From a virus (lineage: Duplodnaviria > Caudoviricetes), in the IMG/VR virus record IMGVR_UViG_3300022886_000003, positions 1-45,226 of that record: a stretch of 45,226 bases of DNA, one strand, 5' to 3'. The position numbers and the translations under genes were made by a program. Below are positions 8,430-15,589 of this stretch, piece by piece (positions within the stretch are counted from its first letter, which is position 1; each line of letters opens with the position of its first letter). The notes under the pieces are model-generated. The model was not told the origin of the DNA and did not search any database. It saw nothing but the letters and a program-made list of their open reading frames with translations.

Positions 8430-9719
8430 CTACTCTTCTTCCAACTCTTCCATGAATGAGCGGATAAACCACGCAGCCTGCTGACTTACGATCCCGTCAC
8501 CGTATCCTTTGAGCCGGAGGACGCGCGCTTCTTCGCCTTGAGCGAGCGGGAAGCCCGGATGGCGCACCGGCACCAGATCTCCGGTATCGACATGAGCCAC
8601 GCGCTGTGGCGAGGGCATAATTGGCCGCCAGCTCGGCAGATCACCGTTCCGCTGTGCTCTCGTATAAACCCAATCGGCCCCTCGCCAGAAGCCGTTGACG
8701 GGACCGGCCACCGGCACAGCGCCTCTGTCAGGCGGGACGAGTCCGTGTTCCCCGCCGCGTTGTTGCCGTTCTGCGCCGGAGTGCCCGCCATCGGAGTCGG
8801 CCATCCGGCTAGCCTCGTCTCGATCTGGAGATGCGCGTTGCCCCCGCCCTTGGTCATCGTCGTCCTGCCGCCGTCCCCGTCCGAGGCTTTCGGAGTCGCC
8901 CAGCCCGTTAACCGGGCTTGGTCGATCAGCGTCCAGCCGTCGTGGTGCTGCGAGTCCGGGTTCGAGCGGGTGCAAGTGGAATTCGCCGCGTTCGCCGAGT
9001 CTCCCTTCGTCGGAGTGGCCCAGCCGCACATCGCCGCATCCGCCGAGAGTGCTCCGTTCGCCTGATTCGGGTCGCCGTTCGATCTGTCCGTCGCCCTCGG
9101 CGTGGGCCAGCCCGCCAGCATCGCGAAGTCGTTCAGCTCGTTCGACCGCTCCGGGTTCCCGGCTCTCGCCGCCTGCCCGCCCCCGCTCCCGTTCGAAGCA
9201 TTCGGCGTGGGCCAGCCGAGCGCCCCAATAGAGCCTTTGGCGGATGTGGGGCGCCCCTGCGCCCGCTGCGCTGGTATCGAGAACCCCGAGGGTGTAATCC
9301 GCTGCGTCCAGGTTATCTCGTACAAGGTCGAGCCAAGCGAGGCCGTCAATCGACGATACCTGCTCGCCAAAGATGCACTCAGGTCTTCGTGCTTCGATGA
9401 GGCGAAAGAAGTCTGGCCAAAGATGCCTTGGATCGTTTTGCGCGGCTCTTTTGCCGGCGCTGGAGAAGGGTCCGCAAGGGCAGGAGCCGGTCCAGACGGG
9501 GCGGTCGGCGGGCCATCCGGCAAGGGTGAGGGCGTAGTCCCAAATAGAGACGCCTGCAAAGAGATGCACTCTGGTGAATCCCCGGAGGTCGTCGGGGGAA
9601 ACAAGTTTAATTGATCGCTCATCTACTTCTCCCTGGGTGATGACTCCCGCTTTCATCAACTCTTTTATCCATTGAGCTTTTCCAGGATCTATCTCGTTGT
9701 AATACGCCCAGTTGCTCAT
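8430..9719 (-). CDS. DNA cytosine-C5 methyltransferase, large (alpha) chain
   Basis: Motif I LFAG, IV GSCPCGPFS, VI GEQV, VIII PHIRQRLYW, X RLKGYGDGIV; no motif IX in this frame. Confidence 0.88.
   Translation of the reverse strand: MSNWAYYNEIDPGKAQWIKELMKAGVITQGEVDERSIKLVSPDDLRGFTRVHLFAGVSIWDYALTLAGWPADRPVWTGSCPCGPFSSAGKRAAQNDPRHLWPDFFRLIEARRPECIFGEQVSSIDGLAWLDLVRDNLDAADYTLGVLDTSAAGAGAPHIRQRLYWGARLAHAECFERERGRAGGESREPGAVERAERLRDAGGLAHAEGDGQIERRPESGERSTLGGCGDVRLGHSDEGRLGERGEFHLHPLEPGLAAPRRLDADRPSPVNGLGDSESLGRGRRQDDDDQGRGQRASPDRDEASRMADSDGGHSGAERQQRGGEHGLVPPDRGAVPVAGPVNGFWRGADWVYTRAQRNGDLPSWRPIMPSPQRVAHVDTGDLVPVRHPGFPLAQGEEARVLRLKGYGDGIVSQQAAWFIRSFMEELEEE
8486..9622 (-). CDS. Nested alternative-frame methyltransferase chain (beta) with five W[P/A]TP repeats and a motif IX-like end
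   Basis: 378 aa open frame inside the MTase with its own RBS (AGGGAGAAG) before ATG 9622; ends GQLCPRHSAWLMSIPEIW. Confidence 0.75.
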   Translation of the reverse strand: MSDQLNLFPPTTSGDSPECISLQASLFGTTPSPLPDGPPTAPSGPAPALADPSPAPAKEPRKTIQGIFGQTSFASSKHEDLSASLASRYRRLTASLGSTLYEITWTQRITPSGFSIPAQRAQGRPTSAKGSIGALGWPTPNASNGSGGGQAARAGNPERSNELNDFAMLAGWPTPRATDRSNGDPNQANGALSADAAMCGWATPTKGDSANAANSTCTRSNPDSQHHDGWTLIDQARLTGWATPKASDGDGGRTTMTKGGGNAHLQIETRLAGWPTPMAGTPAQNGNNAAGNTDSSRLTEALCRWPVPSTASGEGPIGFIREHSGTVICRAGGQLCPRHSAWLMSIPEIWCRCAIRASRSLKAKKRASSGSKDTVTGS

Positions 9720-9721
9720 AC

Positions 9722-9800
9722 AATAGGAACGAGCCGCAACGATGCTACTAACATCGCGCGGCTCTGACCAACGTGCTCTTGAAAGGAGAACACATGGCTA
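9722..9800 (-). ncRNA. Putative cis-antisense RNA to HNH-4 leader
   Basis: Antisense -10 TAGGCT (plus 9807-9812); sense TACAAT 9719-9724; conserved motif. Confidence 0.6.
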
Positions 9801-10300
9801 ATAGAGAGCCTAGAACACTGCCCGTTCTTTCCCCAAAGGACATCGAAAGATTTTGGACGCATGTGGCTCGGCGTGGACCGGAAGATTGTTGGCTCTGGCA
9901 GGGCTGCATGAACCAATATGGATATGGGCAATTTGCTGTCGGGGACAGAAAGCACCATCGGAAAATTCCTGCCCATCGCATCGCCTATTTCCTGGGACAC
10001 GGGGTGGATCCCGGTCTGCTCTTTGTGTGCCATAAATGCGACAATCCGCCGTGTCAGAATCCTGCCCATTATTTTTTGGGCAATAGGCGCGAAAACGCGG
10101 AGGATGCTATCTCCAAGGGATTTTGGGTAAGCGGCGTTAAGCATCATTGGGCCAAGCTCACCGAGGGTGACATCATCGAGATCAGAGCGCTCCATGCCAC
10201 CGGACAGTGGCGGCAACGCGAAATCGCCGCCAAGTTCGGGGTTTGCCAAGCCAACATCTGCCTGATCGTGACTCGGCAGAAATGGCGGCATGTGCCCTAA
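9794..10300 (+). CDS. HNH endonuclease 4
   Basis: RFWTHV..DCWLWQG..YGYGQF; VCHKCDNPPCQNPAHYFLGNRRENAED; HTH; AGGAG RBS; stop overlaps the stop of the convergent gene. Confidence 0.92.
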   Translation: MANREPRTLPVLSPKDIERFWTHVARRGPEDCWLWQGCMNQYGYGQFAVGDRKHHRKIPAHRIAYFLGHGVDPGLLFVCHKCDNPPCQNPAHYFLGNRRENAEDAISKGFWVSGVKHHWAKLTEGDIIEIRALHATGQWRQREIAAKFGVCQANICLIVTRQKWRHVP

Positions 10301-10767
10301 ACCGCAAAGCCCGCTTGTTTCAATTCCGCGGTTCTGGCGGCATAGGCTGCGTCCTGGCCGTCGCGATCATAGAGGAACGCCCATTGGCCGGCCGAGTACG
10401 CCTCGTAGAGATCCTGGCCATTCCAGGCAATCAAAAGATATTGGCTCTCGGTGACGATCGCGCCGGTGGGTTCGGGGACGGCGATGTCGAAAGTGAGGCT
10501 GGGCCAATTGGCGCGCGCCCAATCCAAGGTCCACTGGGCCGTGTCGGCGGTCGCGTAATCCAGTGGCGACAAGGGCTGCAAGGGAACGTCGAACCCGTAC
10601 CCGGGCGCAAAACTCCAGGGCCTCTCGAAAGTGGAGGGGCCATTCTCCTCGCGCGTGACGGCTGAATAAAGCCGCTTCGTAATTGGACTGTAAAGCCAGC
10701 CGCGAAAAGCCCTCACCAGGATCTGGTCTGGCGGGATGGCGGCGGCGGCTTCTTGTTCTTCGGGCAC
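10297..10767 (-). CDS. Hypothetical protein
   Basis: 156 aa; AGGAG RBS before GTG. Confidence 0.75.
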   Translation of the reverse strand: MPEEQEAAAAIPPDQILVRAFRGWLYSPITKRLYSAVTREENGPSTFERPWSFAPGYGFDVPLQPLSPLDYATADTAQWTLDWARANWPSLTFDIAVPEPTGAIVTESQYLLIAWNGQDLYEAYSAGQWAFLYDRDGQDAAYAARTAELKQAGFAV

Positions 10768-10786
10768 TTGATTTTCTCCTGACGGA

Positions 10787-11284
10787 CTATTTCAAAATCT
10801 GGTCTAAGCTTTGAAGGGGATTGGCCTTGGCTTTGAGCTTGGCCACCTGGGCCACCACGTCGGACCGGGAAGAGACTTCGCGGCGCTTGTCGACGGGGAG
10901 GGCGGCAAAGCGCGCCTGGGCTTCGGCCTCGGAAGTTTTGAGCAGGACGGCCAGAGCCCTGACCGTGATGCTGTAGGATTGCTCCCCACGGCGAAGGCCC
11001 CAGTCGCCCGACTTAAGCTGCTCCCAGAGCTTGCCTGCTTTCTCCCGCGCTACTTTCGGCGAGCCTTTGGCCATCACATACGCCTGCTGGCAGCGGGCGA
11101 TCAGCCCCCAGTACATGAGATCGGTCTGGATATTCTGCGGCAATTCGGAGAGGTCGAGGACCGTGGTTTCCGAGTCCTGCCACTCGAAGATGAGCAGCCC
11201 CTTGTCGGCGGCCCAGTCGATGGATTTCGATACGCGCTGTGGAGTTCTGGAGGTTGGGGTTTCTTCCCCGTTGGGTTCTGGCAC
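10787..11284 (-). CDS. Hypothetical phage protein, probably leaderless
   Basis: 165 aa; GTG 7 nt after the TACTAT -10 box. Confidence 0.75.
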   Translation of the reverse strand: MPEPNGEETPTSRTPQRVSKSIDWAADKGLLIFEWQDSETTVLDLSELPQNIQTDLMYWGLIARCQQAYVMAKGSPKVAREKAGKLWEQLKSGDWGLRRGEQSYSITVRALAVLLKTSEAEAQARFAALPVDKRREVSSRSDVVAQVAKLKAKANPLQSLDQILK

Positions 11285-11291
11285 TATCTAG

Positions 11292-11320
11292 ATAGTAGCT
11301 AAATGCCAGGATGGGGTCAA
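11292..11320 (-). promoter_or_regulatory. Sigma70-type promoter overlapped by palindrome ACTATCTAGATAGT (11283-11296)
   Basis: TTGACC-17 nt-TACTAT. Confidence 0.8.
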
Positions 11321-11417
11321 GCGATTTAGATTAGTGGGCGCAACGGGGATTCCGCCTGGACAACAAAACAACCCGCATCGGAAGGATTTGTAAACGGAGG
11401 CCGCTGCGCCCTCGATG

Positions 11418-11636
11418 CTAAGATGCCGGAGAAGGGGCGATCGTTTCAGCACCGGCCGGTTTCCTGGGAACCTGCGCCATCATCCGCACCGAGCGCCGCT
11501 CCCGGATCGAGAACACCTTTCCGGTGGCCACGCCGGCAATCCCGCAGCAGCCGCAGTGGACGCACAGCCATTCCCCCGTGGGAACGAGCGTGACGGCGTG
11601 CTCACGGCACATCGGGCATTTGAGGGAAGTGAGCAT
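11418..11636 (-). CDS. Small Zn-ribbon protein
   Basis: CPMC...WLCVHCG. Confidence 0.5.
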   Translation of the reverse strand: MLTSLKCPMCREHAVTLVPTGEWLCVHCGCCGIAGVATGKVFSIRERRSVRMMAQVPRKPAGAETIAPSPAS

Positions 11637-11856
11637 AAATTAATCGGGCGGCTGAGGAGTGGGATCTGCCTCGCCGCCCAAGGATCAACACAAGACTGTC
11701 TCCACGATTATGGCACATTCCCGGCGGCGCTCCAGTAAACAGGCCAGCGTCTACGAGTTCGCCCTTACCCCTGGCCTGGACCGGGAGACGGAAACGCCCC
11801 AGCGTATCTGATCCGCCAGGGCATCCCCGCATATGGCTGCTAGAGCCCCCAGCCTA

Positions 11857-12000
11857 TCACGGTTTCTTCGGCTTTGGCCGGGCTTTCCCCGCCACGTTGA
11901 GCGCAATCGCCACCGCCTGCTTCGCCGGGTACTTCTCCTTGCGCAACTTGGCAATGTTCTCTGAAACCGCGGCCTGGCTCTTCCCCTTCTTCAATGGCAT
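11857..12000 (-). CDS. 47-aa basic phage protein
   Basis: [47 protein letters not shown]; a recurrent small phage protein pattern; below the ORF-track cutoff. Confidence 0.75.
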   Translation of the reverse strand: MPLKKGKSQAAVSENIAKLRKEKYPAKQAVAIALNVAGKARPKPKKP

Positions 12001-12001
12001 C

Positions 12002-12412
12002 TCATCCCACCTTTTCCCTGTCCAAATCCACACTCACCATCCGCCTCGCCCCACTCGGCGCCGACACAACCACCGTCTCCTGCCCCTGCTTCTGTGAGAA
12101 TACCGGCGACACCAGCTCCCAGTGCGTCCGCTTCCCCACTCCTTCTGCCATCCGCCGGATGTGCCCCGCTCCCTCTAACTCCTTCAGCCGCCGATGCACC
12201 GTCGCCTGACTCAGCCCCAGCATCTCCCCGATCAGCCGCTGCCCCACCCACGCCACCCTCCCATGGAACACCGTCATCGCCATTACTGCATACACCAACT
12301 TCGCGTCCGCCCCTATCCCTCGATCGATCAGAACATCCCTAGGTATACGAGCATAGTGATTCACCTTGCTGAATCGCTTCTGATTCACCCTGGCTGAATC
12401 ACGTATAGACAT
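12002..12412 (-). CDS. Winged-HTH protein (replication-initiator N-terminal-like)
   Basis: [16 protein letters not shown]...[29 protein letters not shown]; start coupled by TAATG. Confidence 0.75.
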   Translation of the reverse strand: MSIRDSARVNQKRFSKVNHYARIPRDVLIDRGIGADAKLVYAVMAMTVFHGRVAWVGQRLIGEMLGLSQATVHRRLKELEGAGHIRRMAEGVGKRTHWELVSPVFSQKQGQETVVVSAPSGARRMVSVDLDREKVG

Positions 12413-12606
12413 TACATTGCGTCCTTCTGCCGTAGCTTCTCCCGCTTCCACATCGCAGTGATCCGCTTCCGGTTCGCCTCGCACTCCGCACGGCATGCTT
12501 GGCAAATGTAGGCTTCCCACGGCGGAACCACCACCCCTGCCTCCCCAATCTTCCTGCATCCGGCGCAGATCGGCCGCGGCTTCTCCCCACGCTTGATCAG
12601 ATACAT
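12412..12606 (-). CDS. Small Zn-finger protein
   Basis: CAGC...ICQAC; AGGA RBS; TAATG overlap. Confidence 0.6.
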   Translation of the reverse strand: MYLIKRGEKPRPICAGCRKIGEAGVVVPPWEAYICQACRAECEANRKRITAMWKREKLRQKDAM

Positions 12607-13120
12607 CGCTCAATCCTACTCCCTTCTCATTCCAGTAGACCCGAAAATACTGCTGCGGTTCGCTGCGAGCCTAACTGAAAGCGGAGGCCCCCCCGGCCTG
12701 GGGGTGCCCCGGCCCTATCGATGGGCGAGGCTGCCCGCAGGGCCAGGCCTTCAGTCGCCGGCCGGCTCGAGGGCAGCAGCAGCCTGCCGCGCTTCGCCGC
12801 GTAGTACTCTGCAGTGCAAAGCATCCCACATGGTGAGACAGGGGCTGAGCTGTACAGGGCAGTGGGCGATTCCCCCGGCTGGACGTATCGCATGCCGTAA
12901 TCGGCAAGGCTACGCCCTGGAATGCACGCGAACTACCCCCATTTGAGGGATTGATACCCGCGTTTGGACGAAATCCCCGGCGAAACAGGGCGGGGCGCAG
13001 CGATTGGGCAGTCAAAGTGCTAGTCGTAGCGGAAGGCAATAGCGTTTAGTAGAACGTTTTAGTAAATCGAAACGGTCCAAAACAAAAGCATACAAACCAC
13101 AAAACAGTACCTAAGTACTC

Positions 13121-13149
13121 TTGTTCTAGATAGAGCTTCGGGTTACTAT
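13121..13149 (+). promoter_or_regulatory. Early promoter
   Basis: TTGTTC-17 nt-TACTAT; ATG 6 nt downstream. Confidence 0.65.
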
Positions 13150-13155
13150 CTGAAT

Positions 13156-13323
13156 ATGACATACGAACAAGTGGTAATAGCGGTGGCGGTGAGTGTGGCG
13201 GTTGGGTTTCTGGCGGTGGTGGGAATCATCGAACTGTACGTCAGGTGGGAGAGGAGGCCAGCGCATGGGATGCAAGAGACGGGGTTATGTGTTTGTGGAG
13301 ATCTGAACTGTATAGGGAAGTGA
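13156..13323 (+). CDS. 55-aa single-TM protein with Cys-rich tail, leaderless
   Basis: MTYEQVVIAVAVSVAVGFLAVVGIIELYVRW...CVCGDLNCIGK. Confidence 0.6.
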   Translation: MTYEQVVIAVAVSVAVGFLAVVGIIELYVRWERRPAHGMQETGLCVCGDLNCIGK

Positions 13324-13377
13324 AACGCCTACGGGCGTCTGCGCGGGTTAGCGGCCGTGCACTGATGATCACGCTAA
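13320..13377 (+). ncRNA. Hammerhead ribozyme, type II with pseudoknot
   Basis: GAAA 13322-5; stem III ACGCC/GGCGT; GUC cleavage site C13339; stem I TGCGCGG/CCGTGCA; CTGATGA 13362-8; loop TTAGCG pairs with tail CGCTAA. Stem II is minimal and atypical. Confidence 0.8.
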
Positions 13378-13396
13378 AAGGGAACACACAAGAGTC

Positions 13397-14170
13397 ATGG
13401 GAATCATTGAAGGTTTGAGAAGCGCGATAGTCGCTGGGTACCAGGACGGGTACAAGCGCGGGGCTGTGCTGCAAACGGCTAACGCGAAGACGATCAAGGG
13501 AGAATCGCTGGGCGTGTTGACGGGGATATGTTATTTGGCGCCGGCATCGGAAAGCGGTGTGATGAATGTATGTACGTTTGCGACGGCGGGGTGCATAAAG
13601 GCTTGTCTGTATGACAGTGGGCGATCGAAGATTTTCCCTGAGATCAAGAGAGCGCGGATTGGGAAGACGGTGTGGCTGTGGGAAGACAGGGAATCGTTCC
13701 TGAATGCGTTGCGGCGGGATATCAAGGCATTGATACGGGAAGCAGAACGGGAAGGATTGAAGCCCGCCGTGCGATTCAATGGCACAAGTGATTTGCCTTG
13801 GGTTGCCATGCAGATGGCGAAAGAATTTCCTTGCGTTATGTTCTATGACTACACGAAGTTGCCGAAATCGTGGTTGCGGACTCGGTACAACTATCAGCTG
13901 ACGTTTTCGTATAGCGGGGAGAATCTGGCGGAGTGTCTCGAGGCTCTCGAGCATGGCGTGAATGTGAGTGTGGTGTTTGATACGAAGCGGGGTGCTTCGT
14001 TGCCGGCGGAGTGGATGGGATACAAGGTGATTGACGGGGATGAGCATGACGTGCGTTTCTTGGATCCGCGGGGAGTGATTGTCGGGCTTAGGGCAAAGGG
14101 AGAAGCGAAGAAGGTGCAGAGCTCGTTCGTGGTTCAGTCCGGACTGATTCAGATTGGTGCGGCCGCTTAG
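13397..14170 (+). CDS. Gp88-like protein (Cys-triad, possible Fe-S enzyme)
   Basis: YLAPA...NVCTFATAGCIKACL; VRFNGTSD; FYDYTK; DGDEHDVRFLD..GVIVGLRAKG. Confidence 0.75.
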   Translation: MGIIEGLRSAIVAGYQDGYKRGAVLQTANAKTIKGESLGVLTGICYLAPASESGVMNVCTFATAGCIKACLYDSGRSKIFPEIKRARIGKTVWLWEDRESFLNALRRDIKALIREAEREGLKPAVRFNGTSDLPWVAMQMAKEFPCVMFYDYTKLPKSWLRTRYNYQLTFSYSGENLAECLEALEHGVNVSVVFDTKRGASLPAEWMGYKVIDGDEHDVRFLDPRGVIVGLRAKGEAKKVQSSFVVQSGLIQIGAAA

Positions 14171-14199
14171 TTCGATTTGGAATAGAAGGGAATCACACA

Positions 14200-14415
14200 A
14201 TGGCTGATACGAAGGTTTATTTTAATGGCAGCGAGCATGATAGTGTCGAGCTCGCCGATTTGGGTAGCGCGTTTCTAGGAGGAGCTCGGTTTCACTTGGA
14301 ATGCGCGCGGTATCCGGAGAATAACGAGCCCGCGGTTGAGCTGCTTCGTACGCTCGAGACGCTGGTAGATGCTGAGAACGAGCTCGCGTGGCGTCTGGCG
14401 GAGTTGCGGGGGTAG
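14200..14415 (+). CDS. Hypothetical protein
   Basis: 71 aa; conserved AAGGGAATCACACA leader. Confidence 0.7.
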   Translation: MADTKVYFNGSEHDSVELADLGSAFLGGARFHLECARYPENNEPAVELLRTLETLVDAENELAWRLAELRG

Positions 14416-14493
14416 TGATGGGCTCGCATTACGCTTATCCGCGGGGTGAGCGTAGGCGCGAATCTATCGCATAGGAAAGTGGGAAACAAGACA

Positions 14494-14769
14494 ATGACAT
14501 TGATTACGGGGAACACGTATCCGCATCGGCAGCAATTGCGCGCGATGGGCGGAGAATGGGACGCGAGCGTGAAGGGCTGGCGGGTGCCGGAAGATGCCGG
14601 CGATCGCGCGCGGGCTCTTGTGGCAAGCGGTCGCGCGTATCGTGGCGCCGCGGGGTTACGGGTGCCGCGCGGGGTTTCGCACTACACCAGGTTTTCATCG
14701 GGTGCTGAAGTGTACGTGAATCGCAATGGTCGATGCGAAGATGCGCCGTGCTGCGGGTGCTGCTCGTGA
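14494..14769 (+). CDS. Hypothetical protein with C-terminal CEDAPCCGCC motif
   Basis: GNTYPHRQQLRAMGGEWD...W; Cys cluster; ATG 14494 after GGGAAA. Confidence 0.7.
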   Translation: MTLITGNTYPHRQQLRAMGGEWDASVKGWRVPEDAGDRARALVASGRAYRGAAGLRVPRGVSHYTRFSSGAEVYVNRNGRCEDAPCCGCCS

Positions 14770-14828
14770 CACTGAAGAGAATCCGACGAATAAACCACGG
14801 TCGTTTGACGGCGCCGTTATTCGGAGAT

Positions 14829-15017
14829 GTGGCGGACTATATGACGTTTACCGATTATTCGTATCGTAAGTTGTTGCCGTCGATACCGTTGCGATTCAGC
14901 GATTAGAGACGCGCGTATTGCGCCTGGCTTAGCGTGTGGGGCGTTGCGGCGGTCGGTCCGGTGGTACGGGGCCTCCGCCAGGCGCGCGCGTTCCTGGGGC
15001 ATTTATGGGGCTTGTAA
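14829..15017 (+). pseudogene. Possible small ORF interrupted by TAG at 14904-14906
   Basis: GGAG + GTG; frame stays open either side of one TAG; final TAA coincides with a post-stop repeat also found at 15246. Confidence 0.3.
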
Positions 15018-15068
15018 TCGGCAAGCCCAGCTCGAATTGAATTCATCAGAAAGTGGGAAAACAACGAC

Positions 15069-15248
15069 ATGCGGGAACTGAATTATTGCTACGTCGTCGT
15101 CGATGGCGGGCGGGTATCGTTTCGCGACTCGGAATTGAAGCAGGCCAATGCCGCGGCTCAGTTCGAGGCGGATCGCACGGGCGCCGCGGTCAAGCGGCAA
15201 AACTGGGCGGATAACGGCTATTCGCTGTTCTATCCGCGGCCGGCATAA
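15069..15248 (+). CDS. 59-aa hypothetical protein
   Basis: MRELNYCYVVVDGGRVSFRD...; leader GAAAGTGGGAAA shared with the gene at 14494. Confidence 0.65.
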   Translation: MRELNYCYVVVDGGRVSFRDSELKQANAAAQFEADRTGAAVKRQNWADNGYSLFYPRPA

Positions 15249-15325
15249 TCCGCAAGCCCGGCTCGGCGAAATAACTGTACAAAGTCAGACAAAATCGTAT
15301 AAGATTGAACAAAGGATCACACACA

Positions 15326-15505
15326 ATGAAGCACAGCGGGTATGTCATTTATCCGGAAGGTTCCACGCGGCACTGGCTGCGCAATGCTCGGAAAGAAGCC
15401 GCGCGGCAATCCCAGACTGATCGCAATCAGTACTGGGCGCGCATCGAAAGCATTGATTCACAGAAAACTGTGGCGCGGTATCACAAAGGCAAGGTGGCCG
15501 AATAG
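15326..15505 (+). CDS. 59-aa hypothetical protein
   Basis: AAAGGATCACACACA-ATG leader. Confidence 0.7.
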   Translation: MKHSGYVIYPEGSTRHWLRNARKEAARQSQTDRNQYWARIESIDSQKTVARYHKGKVAE

Positions 15506-15564
15506 TCGAAACCCGGTTTGCCCGGGTCGTGCAGCATGGCCTACTGCGCTTGATAAGACAGGCT
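15505..15564 (+). ncRNA. Hammerhead ribozyme, type II, U3-A8 core variant with pseudoknot
   Basis: Stem II GTC/GAC; GAAA 15508-11; stem III ACCCGG/CCGGGT; site C15528; stem I GTGCAG/CTGCGC; core TTGATAA 15550-6; loop GGCCT pairs with tail AGGCT. Confidence 0.85.
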
Positions 15565-15589
15565 TTTCACTTAAAAGGATCACACACAC

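Noticed and set aside
8790-9220. Repeats in the MTase as a CRISPR array or DGR template
   Set aside because: The repeats are degenerate, codon-phased protein repeats; no cas or reverse transcriptase gene is present in the window.
1174-10300. HNH cassettes as group I/II introns or inteins
   Set aside because: They lie between genes rather than inside them, the flanking genes are intact, and there is no room for or sign of intron core elements.
11640-11850. tRNA or tmRNA in intergenic gaps
   Set aside because: No cloverleaf with a TTCRA T-loop and acceptor stem was seen here or elsewhere by eye; tRNAscan/ARAGORN were not run.
14765-14820. Possible third hammerhead (CTGAAGAG...CGAAT)
   Set aside because: There is no GAAA, no NUH site in register, and no convincing stem I.
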